DNA from: an uncultured Candidatus Saccharibacteria bacterium
GTDB lineage: Bacteria; Patescibacteriota; Minisyncoccia; Phycocordibacterales; UBA1006
Reading direction: 5' to 3'
NCBI GenBank assembly: GCA_964464735.1
Contig: CAYXKF010000003.1
Coordinates: forward strand, 3,808-67,807
DNA length: 64,000 bases
Below the pieces are notes generated by a model that saw only the letters and a list, made by a program, of their open reading frames with translations, was not told the DNA's origin and searched no databases. The position numbers and the translations under genes were made by a program. Shown here in pieces: positions 19,586-28,419 of the stretch; the stretch's first letter is position 1; every line of letters begins with the position of its first letter.

Positions 19586-22084
19586 TTATGCGTTTTTAGC
19601 CTCAACGCTGTAACGACCATCAGGATTTTTGATCTCTTTAAGAATGTCCTCGGCCGGTTCTTTTGAATACACTTGGTCTCCGTCGATTTTTCGCATGTGT
19701 ACCATTAATTTCCCGTCAACATTTTTTTTGATTTCATTTATTTTTAACAATGCCCCTGTCTTAGTCTTTAAAAGCACATTCGCAAATAGCTTTGCCGCTT
19801 GATCCGAAGAAATTTCGCTGTTGGTTTTTAAAATCTCGGCAACCCAGCGGGTATTAGTGTCAAGCGCTGACAAATCTTCTTTTGCCTCGATTGGCCGATC
19901 TTCGACTGCCGGGTTAACTTCTTCTTCGTTTTCTAAAGCTTCAGGTACACCTTCGACAATCTCGATATATGCAATTTGGTCACCAGTTTTTAGTGTCGAA
20001 CCTTCGGCAACGGTAAAGTGAATAATACCTTCTTCGGGCGCTTTCCATTTTATGGGACCGGCAAGAGTCATAAATTCGGCAATCTTATCCCCTTTCACGA
20101 CAGGTTTTCCATCAGCTATAAGATATTTAGTTAATGTAATTTGAGCTTCTTTTTCGTTTGCAAACGCCCGCACTTCTACCATTTTAGGAGCATCGTCACT
20201 GGTTTCTTCTTGCTCAGGGACTGGCGCATGTTCTTGCACCGATTCTTCTGGGTTAGTAACAGGCTCATCTTCTACTACTGGTTCTTGAACAGAATTTTCT
20301 ACTTTTGTTACTTTTGCCGCTTCTACTGCAGCATTTTCTTTTGCTTGCAGGTGCGCACCAAGCGAAGAAACAACCGAACCAAGCGTTTCGTGCGCTTTCA
20401 TTTTATGTTCTACCTGAAGCAATTCGGTAAAGTTTTTAGGAAGTTCGTCATCTGAAAACTGAGAAACATCAATGCCCAGGTTTTGGTATTCTGTGCAAAG
20501 CGCCTCAACCAAAAATTGCCGTTCAAGAATTTCTTGTTCAGAATATTTTTGCTCAAGCGGATTCACAACTTTTCTATCAGCCAAAGTTTTCTTCAAAAAT
20601 CCTACACGTGCTTCAAGAAGTTTGTTGCGAATTTCGTCACGAATTTTTATCAATTCGTTCACATGTTTGGCATTGGGCTTTTTATTTGCACTTTCAATTT
20701 CGGCATCAATCTTTTTCAGATCACGTTCAAGCTCTTGAATCGGCTGATCAGGATGCACAATGGTTTTTTCAGCAACGGTGTCGGCATAGTTTACATCAAA
20801 ATCCACATTCGGAGATTTGGCATATTCTTTAGCAAGGCGCTCCCTGATTGCGCCTAACTCATATTTCTCGGCCCGTGAGCGCTCTTCCTCTTCAGTTCTG
20901 CTTGTTACAGAAAGGTTATTCACTAATAAAAAGTTCTCAATGTCTTTATAGGCAATAATAAAATCTTTACCGTTAACATACTTCTTTTTCGAATCATCGT
21001 AATCGCGTTCAATAAACCGTACATACCATTTACCAAGGCCATCAATGAAAAACTTTTTCGTTTTTGAATCACCCCCTACCGGCGAAGACTCCGATAATTC
21101 CACACCAAGACGAAGCACGACATATTTTCGGGATTGTTCCAAAAATATTTTCTTGTCCGGAAACTTCCTCTCTTGAGCACGCAGTTCCTTAAACTCATTT
21201 TGGCGTTCTTTTAATCTTTCAGCATAACCATCAGCGGCATCCAGCTTTCCAGATTCTTTGGCCATTAACACTAGCATCTCAAGGTCCTGGATTTCTTCTG
21301 CTAAGCGATCAGGCGAATGGGCACGCTTAAATGCAGCATGCTGTGGTTCAGTAAATTCATGCCGAACTAGATAGTCATGTAAGTTTTTATCTCGACTATG
21401 ACGCTGGACCGTATCAATGTGTACCTGCTTCATACTATTAAGCGTGAAGTCAGGTCTTTGAATGTCTTTTTGACGAAGAAGTTCACGCATAACTTCTTTC
21501 AGCGCCAAACCATAGCGCTTTGAATTTGTCGAAGCAGGGAGTTCGCTAAACTCATCGACTAGCCGAAGCATATTATCAACCGACGAAAAATAATACTTTT
21601 TAAATTCATCGAAGCTTGAATAGGCTTTTTGCAATCTTTTGATGCGATACTCTTTGTCTTTTTTCTCATTATCAGTTTTTGCCGAACTTGCTTCGACTTG
21701 GATTTTTCTGATAAGACTATTAGCTATATCACCCTTGAATTTTTCATACAAAAACCTGAGTGTTCGCTTAAGAACCTCTCGGTCATTACCAATAACGTTT
21801 TCGATTGAAAAGGGTTGTTTTTGGTGCAATGCAGCGCTGGCAACTTTTTTATACTTCGTTTTATCAACAGGAGTACTCATTCGCTCCAAAGCACGTTTAG
21901 CCTCATTGTCCTGTTTGCTCTTTTCATCAGCGCTGAGCGCTTTAATAAACTCTATTTCTTCTCGTGTTTCTGGTTTAATGGGAAAGTTTTTTAAATCTAA
22001 GCCAGCCTTATACTTTAAACGTACATGCGAGTCGTTTTTATTAAGAGAGCGGGAGCCAGTTGAGATAATTTCTTCTCGAGGCAT
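19586..22084 (-). CDS. hypothetical protein (832 aa) with biotinyl/lipoyl-like hybrid-barrel segment near the C-terminus
   Basis: First gene of the minus-strand operon. Contains a segment (KGDKIAEFMTLAGPIKWKAPEEGIIHFTVAEGSTLKTGDQIAYIEIVEG) resembling a biotinyl/lipoyl-like barrel fold. The rest is charged coiled-coil-rich sequence. Confidence 0.7.
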   Translation of the reverse strand: MPREEIISTGSRSLNKNDSHVRLKYKAGLDLKNFPIKPETREEIEFIKALSADEKSKQDNEAKRALERMSTPVDKTKYKKVASAALHQKQPFSIENVIGNDREVLKRTLRFLYEKFKGDIANSLIRKIQVEASSAKTDNEKKDKEYRIKRLQKAYSSFDEFKKYYFSSVDNMLRLVDEFSELPASTNSKRYGLALKEVMRELLRQKDIQRPDFTLNSMKQVHIDTVQRHSRDKNLHDYLVRHEFTEPQHAAFKRAHSPDRLAEEIQDLEMLVLMAKESGKLDAADGYAERLKERQNEFKELRAQERKFPDKKIFLEQSRKYVVLRLGVELSESSPVGGDSKTKKFFIDGLGKWYVRFIERDYDDSKKKYVNGKDFIIAYKDIENFLLVNNLSVTSRTEEEERSRAEKYELGAIRERLAKEYAKSPNVDFDVNYADTVAEKTIVHPDQPIQELERDLKKIDAEIESANKKPNAKHVNELIKIRDEIRNKLLEARVGFLKKTLADRKVVNPLEQKYSEQEILERQFLVEALCTEYQNLGIDVSQFSDDELPKNFTELLQVEHKMKAHETLGSVVSSLGAHLQAKENAAVEAAKVTKVENSVQEPVVEDEPVTNPEESVQEHAPVPEQEETSDDAPKMVEVRAFANEKEAQITLTKYLIADGKPVVKGDKIAEFMTLAGPIKWKAPEEGIIHFTVAEGSTLKTGDQIAYIEIVEGVPEALENEEEVNPAVEDRPIEAKEDLSALDTNTRWVAEILKTNSEISSDQAAKLFANVLLKTKTGALLKINEIKKNVDGKLMVHMRKIDGDQVYSKEPAEDILKEIKNPDGRYSVEAKNA

Positions 22085-22091
22085 AGTTGGT

Positions 22092-22120
22092 ATTTTAATA
22101 TATTACTTGACCTAAGTCAA
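22092..22120 (-). promoter_or_regulatory. sigma70-like promoter (TTGACT-17-TAAAAT) for the giant-protein operon, predicted leaderless
   Basis: The -35 is at 22120-22115 and the -10 at 22097-22092 (minus strand). The ATG of the 832-aa gene at 22084 is 7 nt downstream of the -10. The -35 is embedded in the inverted repeat TTGAC-ctaa-GTCAA (22107-22120). Confidence 0.55.
22107..22120. promoter_or_regulatory. inverted repeat TTGAC-CTAA-GTCAA overlapping the -35 of the operon promoter (candidate operator)
   Basis: 5-bp perfect arms with a 4-nt spacer, seen directly in the sequence. Confidence 0.35.
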
Positions 22121-22309
22121 TAAAGTATGCTTAATAAGTCAGTCCCTTGCATTCAGTCGGCGGTCAGGCTACCGTGTACCTTAGTACGCACTCTATCGGA
22201 ATGTCAGATATGCTGTAACGATACCGCAACTTAAGCGGTTTGTCCATGTGCGGCTTGGCTTATCAAACAAAACACCACATCCCGGCAAGCACAACAATAC
22301 CCTAGTGCA

Positions 22310-23416
22310 ATGCTTCGCCGAACTATATCTAATGCCCTGCATTATGTTGCGACCGTTCCGGCCGCAGTTTTATTGTCAGCATTTCTAGTAGCCATCCCGG
22401 TTGGCGTTTTTGCGTTATCCGTTGTCGACGTTTTTGGCAGCAAGGCGCATGCTGATAGCCCAATTACCCGAAACGACGCAATGGCAACCATGGCGGTACT
22501 GTCGCCCGCGCAGACCTTTATTGCTAAACAAGTTGCCTTTGCCGATACCGAAGTCGAGACCTTGGACGAAACGGCATTGGTCCCAGTGATCGGACCTAAA
22601 GGTACATCGGCCGACGTAATCGAGGAAGATACCGCTGGCAGTATTTCGATCCACCACGTACAATCGGGCGAAACGATTGAGCAAATTGCAAAAATGTACG
22701 GCGTTAAGACCTCGACCATCCGCGTTGCAAACAGTATTGCCGCGAAGGCGGGCATCAAGCCGGGGCAAGACCTGCTTATTTTGCCGGTTGATGGAGCACA
22801 ATATAAAGTACAAAAGGGTGACACTGTACGTTCGATCGCTAAAAAGTTTGGCGGTAAAAACATGACCGAAGCCGACCTTGAAAGCGCTATGTCAGATATT
22901 GCCATCTATAACGATATCGAAACCGATTCAGTATTAAAGGCTGGAACCGAACTGGTTATTCCAGGTGCCGAATTGGCAACGGTTACCACAACCGCCAAAA
23001 CAACAACGAAAGGAAGCAGCAAAATGACAAGCTTGCCTGCGGCTAAGGGCGGCAAGTACCAAGGCGGCAAAGATTACTTTAAGCGCGCATGGGGAGGGGT
23101 TCAGACACAAGGCTTCCACGATAAATACCGCGCCAAAGATTACGGCATTCCAATTGGATCAAAAATTGGCGCAGCAGCTGCAGGAACCGTGATCGCAGCC
23201 TGCAAAGGCTGGTGTGGTGGATACGGTAATGTAATTACCCTTTCGCATGACAACGGCACTCAAACATTGTACGCGCACCTAAGCCAAATTAATGTCACGC
23301 AAGGTCAGCAAGTACAGCAGTTCGAGACCATTGGACTTTCGGGATCAACTGGACGCTCGACCGGCCCGCACTTGCACTTTGAAATTCGCGGTGGTTGGGG
23401 TGACATTCCATTCTAA
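22310..23416 (+). CDS. secreted peptidoglycan hydrolase with 2x LysM plus M23 peptidase domain
   Basis: Signal/TM N-terminus. Two LysM repeats (HHVQSGETIEQIAKMYGV...; YKVQKGDTVRSIAKKFG...). C-terminal M23 (YGNVITLSHDNGTQTLYAHLSQ...GSTGRSTGPHLHFEI). Followed by an intrinsic terminator. Confidence 0.9.
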   Translation: MLRRTISNALHYVATVPAAVLLSAFLVAIPVGVFALSVVDVFGSKAHADSPITRNDAMATMAVLSPAQTFIAKQVAFADTEVETLDETALVPVIGPKGTSADVIEEDTAGSISIHHVQSGETIEQIAKMYGVKTSTIRVANSIAAKAGIKPGQDLLILPVDGAQYKVQKGDTVRSIAKKFGGKNMTEADLESAMSDIAIYNDIETDSVLKAGTELVIPGAELATVTTTAKTTTKGSSKMTSLPAAKGGKYQGGKDYFKRAWGGVQTQGFHDKYRAKDYGIPIGSKIGAAAAGTVIAACKGWCGGYGNVITLSHDNGTQTLYAHLSQINVTQGQQVQQFETIGLSGSTGRSTGPHLHFEIRGGWGDIPF

Positions 23417-23433
23417 ATTTCATATATACAAAA

Positions 23434-23466
23434 ACGCCCGGCAATTTGCTTGGGCGTTTTTTGTTT
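23434..23466 (+). terminator. bidirectional intrinsic terminator after the LysM-M23 gene
   Basis: ACGCCC-ggcaatttgctt-GGGCGT followed by TTTTTTGTTTTG. The reverse complement gives a T-run for the convergent gene. Confidence 0.7.
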
Positions 23467-23486
23467 TGCATTTTGTGTTTACGTTC

Positions 23487-23882
23487 TTAGTCCTCGGCAG
23501 TAGTACTAAAAGCAGCATCCGATCTAAAAGTACTCACTCGTATCTTTTCGTACAGCGCTTCGGTGGTTAGGTGAAACCGACCATACTGCCGAGTACAGAT
23601 GATAAAAAGCGAGATATGATTAAAGGTTTCAAAATAAAGCACCTCGGCTTCATTGGCAACATCCCTACTGCCTTGAATAACCAAAATGAACTCTTGATCC
23701 TCTGTTACATATATCGATACATCGTTAATTGGTTCAAAAATTCTGACTGCCTTTATGCCTACCATTTCGGCATTTGGAAAAGCAGCCTTGCCTAAAAACC
23801 AATCATTCAGTGTTTGTATAATGACCTGATTGCTTGCAGCATAAGCTGCAAGACTTAGATAAAGTGTTTCATAACTTTTCAT
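23487..23882 (-). CDS. hypothetical protein (131 aa)
   Basis: Clean ORF between two terminators or promoters. No recognisable motif. Confidence 0.4.
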   Translation of the reverse strand: MKSYETLYLSLAAYAASNQVIIQTLNDWFLGKAAFPNAEMVGIKAVRIFEPINDVSIYVTEDQEFILVIQGSRDVANEAEVLYFETFNHISLFIICTRQYGRFHLTTEALYEKIRVSTFRSDAAFSTTAED

Positions 23883-23963
23883 TTTCCTTGTTTTTCGTTT
23901 TGCGCATCATACGGTTTTTTGGATGATATGCAAACCCATAGCTGATCGTGATATAATCGCCGT

Positions 23964-24383
23964 ATGAAATTTACATTTAACCCATTTAGCTCTGAAAATA
24001 AGGCATCTAAGAAAGATGACAAAGAGGATCCTATCGAGCTTCAGCTTGGTAAAGACAATCCAAAGATAAGTGAACTAAAAGATATTCAAGAAACCCACAA
24101 ATCACTTTTAAAGTTTGAAAAAATATCCGAAGAGGAAGTGCGCGACACCGTTCCCGAATTATTTGCCGAGACGCGCGACGAAAAATATAAAGACTGCCAA
24201 TTTTATAAATTTATTAAAGCACAGATCAGTAACGATATATTCGAATACCAAGCAATCGGCGATGTTCATACGACCGACGAACAATACGGCGTGGTATTAA
24301 GCATCCGCACTGCATTTGGAAAACCGATTGGCGAAGTAAAAGAAATGATCATCAAGGTCGATACTGCCCCCAATCAAAACTAA
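23964..24383 (+). CDS. hypothetical protein (139 aa), Lys/Glu-rich
   Basis: Clean ORF, convergent with comM and overlapping its stop by 4 nt. Confidence 0.45.
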   Translation: MKFTFNPFSSENKASKKDDKEDPIELQLGKDNPKISELKDIQETHKSLLKFEKISEEEVRDTVPELFAETRDEKYKDCQFYKFIKAQISNDIFEYQAIGDVHTTDEQYGVVLSIRTAFGKPIGEVKEMIIKVDTAPNQN

Positions 24384-25906
24384 ACGCGCGCTCGATACTG
24401 CAGCGCTTCTAAAATATGCGGTATCTCGATCGCGTCTTTGTTGTCCAAGTCGGCAATGGTGCGCGCAACCTTTAACACGCGATGGTACGAGCGCGGCGAA
24501 AGCGCCAACTTTTTTGCGCTACTATTTAACACCTCTTGCACATCGGGCGCGACAGCAAGTGATTCAATATCCTTGACGTTCATATGCGCATTGGTTTTTG
24601 TGGTAACACCAAAACGCTCAAACTGTCTTTTGCGCGCACCAATGACGTGGTCGCGAAGCGTTGCCGAGCTTTCGGTTACCGACGCAGTATTCAGCTTGTC
24701 ATAGTCAACATGTTCGACGGTAACCCATAAGTCGATGCGGTCGACGATGGGGCCGGAAACTTTTTTTGCATAGCGCTCGACATTGTGCGCACTGCAGGTA
24801 CACGAGCGATGGCGCGCACCACGAAATCCGCATGGGCACGGGTTCATTGCCGCAACTAACGTAAACGATGCCGGAAAAACGCTGGTCCCTTTTGCGCGGG
24901 CAATCGACACAATGCGGTCTTCAAGCGGTTGGCGAAGCGATTCAAGCACGTCGCGATGAAATTCGGGAAACTCATCTAAAAATAGTACGCCACGGTGCGC
25001 AAGCGTTACTTCGCCTGGGCGGATCGTTGCCCCGCCACCAATGACAGCAACATAACTTGCCGTGTGATGCGGACTTCGAAACGGCGCCTTGCTACATACA
25101 AAACCATCAAGTGTTCCGGCGACGCTATGGATGCCGGTAATTTCAAGCGCTTCGTCGCGTGACAGTGGCGGCAGTATTCCGGCAAACGCACGTGCAAGCA
25201 TGGTTTTTCCGGTTCCGGGCGGACCCGACATGGCAATATTATGTGCGCCAGCCGCGGCAATCAGCATCGCGCGCTTGGCTGACGCTTGTTCACGAATGTC
25301 GGCAAAATCAACGGTCGAAAAAAGCGCTTCGGATAAAATTTCTTGCACGGGGGTTGGTACAATTGCAAAAGGATTTTTTTGGTCAAAGTGGTCAATCAAT
25401 TCGCGAAGCGTCTTAACGCCGTAAATGGTCAGCCCATCAACGAGCGCCGCCTCAGTTGCGTTTTCAAACGGAACAAACAAATTTTTAAATCCGTCGGCTT
25501 TGGCTTTTTGTGCAATTGGCAAAATGCCGCGCACGGTTCGAACCTCGCCATTAAGCGCAAGTTCACCCACAAACACGCATGCATCCAAATCTTTTGGAGT
25601 TGAAACATCGCCGTGCGCAATTAAATAACACAGCGCAATGGCCAAATCAAAAAATGATCCTTCTTTTTTTAGTTCGGCAGGCGCAAGCGATACGGTAATT
25701 TTTTTATTGCACGATTTTGGAGATTCAAGGCCGGTATTTTTAATTGCGGCACTGACGCGGTCTTTTGCTTCTTCGACGGCCTTATCAGGAAGTCCGACGA
25801 TCGAATACGAATGCAGCCCGCGGGCAAGGTCAGTTTCAACAATGACCATGTGCCCCATCAATTGGTGCGGTTGCGCGCTCGTAAGTCTTGCAAAAGAATG
25901 TTCCAT
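24380..25906 (-). CDS. comM: Mg-chelatase-like AAA+ ATPase YifB/ComM
   Basis: N-terminal Lon-like domain (SYSIVGLPDKAVEEAKDRV). Walker A GPPGTGKTMLA. Zinc-finger region (CPCGF...CTCS) and C-terminal ChlI-type helices. A -10 TATACT lies 7 nt before the ATG. Confidence 0.9.
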   Translation of the reverse strand: MEHSFARLTSAQPHQLMGHMVIVETDLARGLHSYSIVGLPDKAVEEAKDRVSAAIKNTGLESPKSCNKKITVSLAPAELKKEGSFFDLAIALCYLIAHGDVSTPKDLDACVFVGELALNGEVRTVRGILPIAQKAKADGFKNLFVPFENATEAALVDGLTIYGVKTLRELIDHFDQKNPFAIVPTPVQEILSEALFSTVDFADIREQASAKRAMLIAAAGAHNIAMSGPPGTGKTMLARAFAGILPPLSRDEALEITGIHSVAGTLDGFVCSKAPFRSPHHTASYVAVIGGGATIRPGEVTLAHRGVLFLDEFPEFHRDVLESLRQPLEDRIVSIARAKGTSVFPASFTLVAAMNPCPCGFRGARHRSCTCSAHNVERYAKKVSGPIVDRIDLWVTVEHVDYDKLNTASVTESSATLRDHVIGARKRQFERFGVTTKTNAHMNVKDIESLAVAPDVQEVLNSSAKKLALSPRSYHRVLKVARTIADLDNKDAIEIPHILEALQYRARV

Positions 25907-25969
25907 TGCCGAAAGTATAGCGCATTTTTATAAAAACAAAAAGATATGGTGCGCGCGATGCAAGTATCG

Positions 25970-25975
25970 TATAAT
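25970..25975 (+). promoter_or_regulatory. -10 hexamer TATAAT 7 nt upstream of ATG 25983 (leaderless)
   Basis: Seen directly in the sequence. The divergent comM has TATACT (25919-25914) 7 nt before its ATG at 25906. Confidence 0.5.
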
Positions 25976-25982
25976 GTTGTGC

Positions 25983-26939
25983 ATGAGTGACGAACAAAAA
26001 CCAAAGACTGCGCGCACGATGCAAGATGATATTGCATCAGCCATGAAAACCGGCAGCATCGAGGAGTCACAGAAAATATTTCGCCTTGCCCGCGAAGAAG
26101 AAGTAGAAGAAGCACTGACGCAAGCCGACAAAAAAAATGATCGCTTGTATACAGTGTTAGGAATCATCGTGTTGTGCGTTGCCATACTTGCAGGCGGATA
26201 CGCACTGACGCACCGCAAAAAAAGCGCTACGCCGGCAACATCAACAGTAAATACATTGACCGAATCGTTTTCGTACGACACCAGTATTTCACTTTCACTT
26301 GCAAACTTGCGTACATTTGAAAAAAAAGATGCGTGGAATAAATCGCTTGCAACTGTTGGCACGCGGGGACTAACTAAAATCGTGATTACGCCGACGTCGG
26401 TCCTTCCTGATATTTTTGCCACCAGCGCAATTACTGTGGCACCATTTGCAGGTATTCAAAAAACTGACATCGGCGCACTTACCGACACACAGGACACCCA
26501 ATATCCATTTATCGTCGCGACCATAAGTAGCATCGATGCAGCAAGCGAAGCATTGCTTAACCGCACAAGCGATTTTTCAGAAGGCCTTGCGATCTTTTTT
26601 GGATACGACACTTTAAGCGATAACGACCGGTCAAACATTACCGTTACCCCAACCATATACCAAAATCAGCCGATGAACCGCGTGTCTGCGCGCGTGCGCA
26701 CCAGAGAAGTTGCCACCGAAGCTTCAAGCGGCAGCGCCGAAATGGTTTTGCAATCGTTGGTTGATTCGGTAAACCAAACACCGGATGATATCGACGGCAA
26801 CGGTTCAACCGCAAAAATACAAAACACCTATACCGACCAACTGTTATTCGTATACGCGATCGTACGCCAAAAATATCTTATTGTTGCATCAACTGAAGCT
26901 ACACTGGCAACCGTACTTGCACGCGTAAATCCAAATTAG
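25983..26939 (+). CDS. membrane-anchored hypothetical protein (318 aa)
   Basis: I trimmed the track ORF 25638..26939 to the in-frame ATG at 25983 (MSDEQKPKT...). That ATG lies 7 nt after a perfect TATAAT, and upstream of it the frame is antisense to comM. One TM helix (LYTVLGIIVLCVAILAGGYAL). Confidence 0.6.
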   Translation: MSDEQKPKTARTMQDDIASAMKTGSIEESQKIFRLAREEEVEEALTQADKKNDRLYTVLGIIVLCVAILAGGYALTHRKKSATPATSTVNTLTESFSYDTSISLSLANLRTFEKKDAWNKSLATVGTRGLTKIVITPTSVLPDIFATSAITVAPFAGIQKTDIGALTDTQDTQYPFIVATISSIDAASEALLNRTSDFSEGLAIFFGYDTLSDNDRSNITVTPTIYQNQPMNRVSARVRTREVATEASSGSAEMVLQSLVDSVNQTPDDIDGNGSTAKIQNTYTDQLLFVYAIVRQKYLIVASTEATLATVLARVNPN

Positions 26940-27027
26940 ATCCATTTGTGGCATAATAAAAAATTCATTGCACCTTAGAGTATCTATGGTATACTCGCAG
27001 TCCTTTTAGTAATAATCATTACTGCAT

Positions 27028-27375
27028 ATGAATAAAGCAAAACTTGCCCACTTTCAGCAGATGCTTGATGAAGAGAAAGCGACCTTAGAAATGGAGCTTG
27101 GACGATTAGGAAAAAAAATCGGCGCCGAGGGCGATTGGATCGCGACTCCGCCCGAGCAAGACGGAAACGAAGCCGAATACTTTGACCAGGCCGACCATGT
27201 CGAAGAATTTGAAAACCGCGTTGCGGCACTTAAAAATCTTGAGGCCCGCTACAGCGAAGTCGTTGCGGCCCTGAAGCGCATCGAAGACGGGACCTACGGA
27301 AAAGACGTAAACACCGGAAAAGCAGTCGACGAAAAGCGACTTGAAGCAAACCCGGCTGCGGCTACAAATATTTAA
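27028..27375 (+). CDS. DksA/TraR-family protein lacking the zinc-finger cysteines
   Basis: The C-terminus (ALKRIEDGTYGKDVNTGKAVDEKRLEANPAA) aligns to the DksA/TraR consensus (L.RIEDG.YG.CE.CGE.I...RLEA.P.A..C..C), but all four Cys are replaced. A promoter TTGCAC-16-TATACT lies upstream, and a terminator follows. Confidence 0.65.
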   Translation: MNKAKLAHFQQMLDEEKATLEMELGRLGKKIGAEGDWIATPPEQDGNEAEYFDQADHVEEFENRVAALKNLEARYSEVVAALKRIEDGTYGKDVNTGKAVDEKRLEANPAAATNI

Positions 27376-27384
27376 ATAGACGGA

Positions 27385-27413
27385 AACCTGATCTTGGGAT
27401 CGGGTTTTCTTTT
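27385..27413 (+). terminator. intrinsic terminator after the dksA-like gene
   Basis: CCTGATC-ttgg-GATCGGG followed by TTTTCTTTTG. Confidence 0.6.
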
Positions 27414-27458
27414 GTGTGATTTTTATTTTACGACATTAAACGCTATACTATGCGTATC

Positions 27459-28367
27459 ATGACTGCTGCAGAATTGAAAAACCGTTTTCTTGAATACATC
27501 GAAATCGAAAAAGGTCGAAGTCTAAAAACGGTCGAAAATTACGATCACTATCTTTCAAAATTCTTTAAAGCGGCAAACATCAAAAACCTCTCGGACATCA
27601 CCGAAGAAACGATTCGCAAATTTAGGCTTGAACTAAACCGCTCGCCGGGCGTCAAGGTTAAAGGCCAATCGCAAGCAACGATGAAAAAAAGCACGCAAAA
27701 TTATCATCTAATTGCGCTGCGTTCGTTTTTAAAATATGTCCGCCGGCACGGCCACGATGCCGTATCCCCCGATGTGATCGAACTGGCAAAAGTAGGAGCG
27801 CGCGAACTTGACTTGCTTTCAGTCGAAGAACTCTCGCGCCTGCTTGCCGCGCCAACGGGCGACTCGCTTAAGGCCCTGCGCGATCGCGCTATTATGGAAT
27901 TATTTTTCTCGACGGGGCTGCGCTTGGCAGAACTGTGTTCTTTAAATAGCGATTTAGATTTATCAAAAGAAGAATTTTCGATCCGCGGTAAGGGCGAAAA
28001 AGTGCGTGTAGTGTTTTTATCTGATGCCGCCAAGGATGCTATTAAAAAATATTTACACAAGCGGGGCGATATGGGCGAGGCAATGTTTATTCATATTTCA
28101 AACGTTGCCGAAAATGGTGCGCGCTTAACTCCCCGCTCGATCGAACGTATTATTAAACAGTACGCGATCAAGGCTGGCATTTCAAAAAAAGTGACACCTC
28201 ACGTGCTTCGTCACAGTTTTGCAACCGACCTGCTCAGCAACGGTGCCGACTTGCGTTCGGTACAAATGATGCTTGGGCACGCCAACATTGCAACGACGCA
28301 AATATATACCCATATTACAAACAAACAATTAAGGGATATTCATAAAAAGTTTCACTCAAAGCGATAA
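27459..28367 (+). CDS. site-specific tyrosine recombinase, XerC/XerD family
   Basis: N-terminal SAM-like core-binding domain. A catalytic C-terminus with the R..HxLRHSFAT..L..G.DLRSVQMMLGHANIATTQIYTH (R-H-R-Y) signature. The start was chosen at the second ATG (MTAAELK), 9 nt after a -10 TATACT. Confidence 0.88.
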   Translation: MTAAELKNRFLEYIEIEKGRSLKTVENYDHYLSKFFKAANIKNLSDITEETIRKFRLELNRSPGVKVKGQSQATMKKSTQNYHLIALRSFLKYVRRHGHDAVSPDVIELAKVGARELDLLSVEELSRLLAAPTGDSLKALRDRAIMELFFSTGLRLAELCSLNSDLDLSKEEFSIRGKGEKVRVVFLSDAAKDAIKKYLHKRGDMGEAMFIHISNVAENGARLTPRSIERIIKQYAIKAGISKKVTPHVLRHSFATDLLSNGADLRSVQMMLGHANIATTQIYTHITNKQLRDIHKKFHSKR

Positions 28368-28377
28368 TAAATGAAAA

Positions 28378-28406
28378 GGCCACCATTATGGTGACCCTTT
28401 ATTTTT
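28378..28406 (+). terminator. intrinsic terminator after the xer recombinase gene
   Basis: GGCCACCAT-ta-ATGGTGACC followed by CTTTATTTTTG. Confidence 0.6.
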
Positions 28407-28419
28407 GCAGCACTGAAGT

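Noticed and set aside
8735-22084. Prophage interpretation of the giant-protein and M23 cluster
   Set aside because: There is no terminase, portal, capsid, integrase or attachment-site signature in or next to the cluster. Tape-measure-like features alone are insufficient, so it is kept only as an alternative hypothesis.
25638-25982. N-terminal 115-codon extension of track ORF 25638..26939
   Set aside because: It runs antisense through the comM coding region. A perfect TATAAT sits 7 nt before the in-frame ATG at 25983, and the extension's composition is junk-like (Cys/Ser-rich). I started the gene at 25983.
27459-28367. Xer-family recombinase as evidence of an integrated mobile element
   Set aside because: It is a single tyrosine recombinase with housekeeping neighbours (a dksA-like gene, xth). 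It has no adjacent excisionase or phage genes and is most simply the chromosomal Xer. The direct-repeat observation is reported separately as a low-probability hypothesis.
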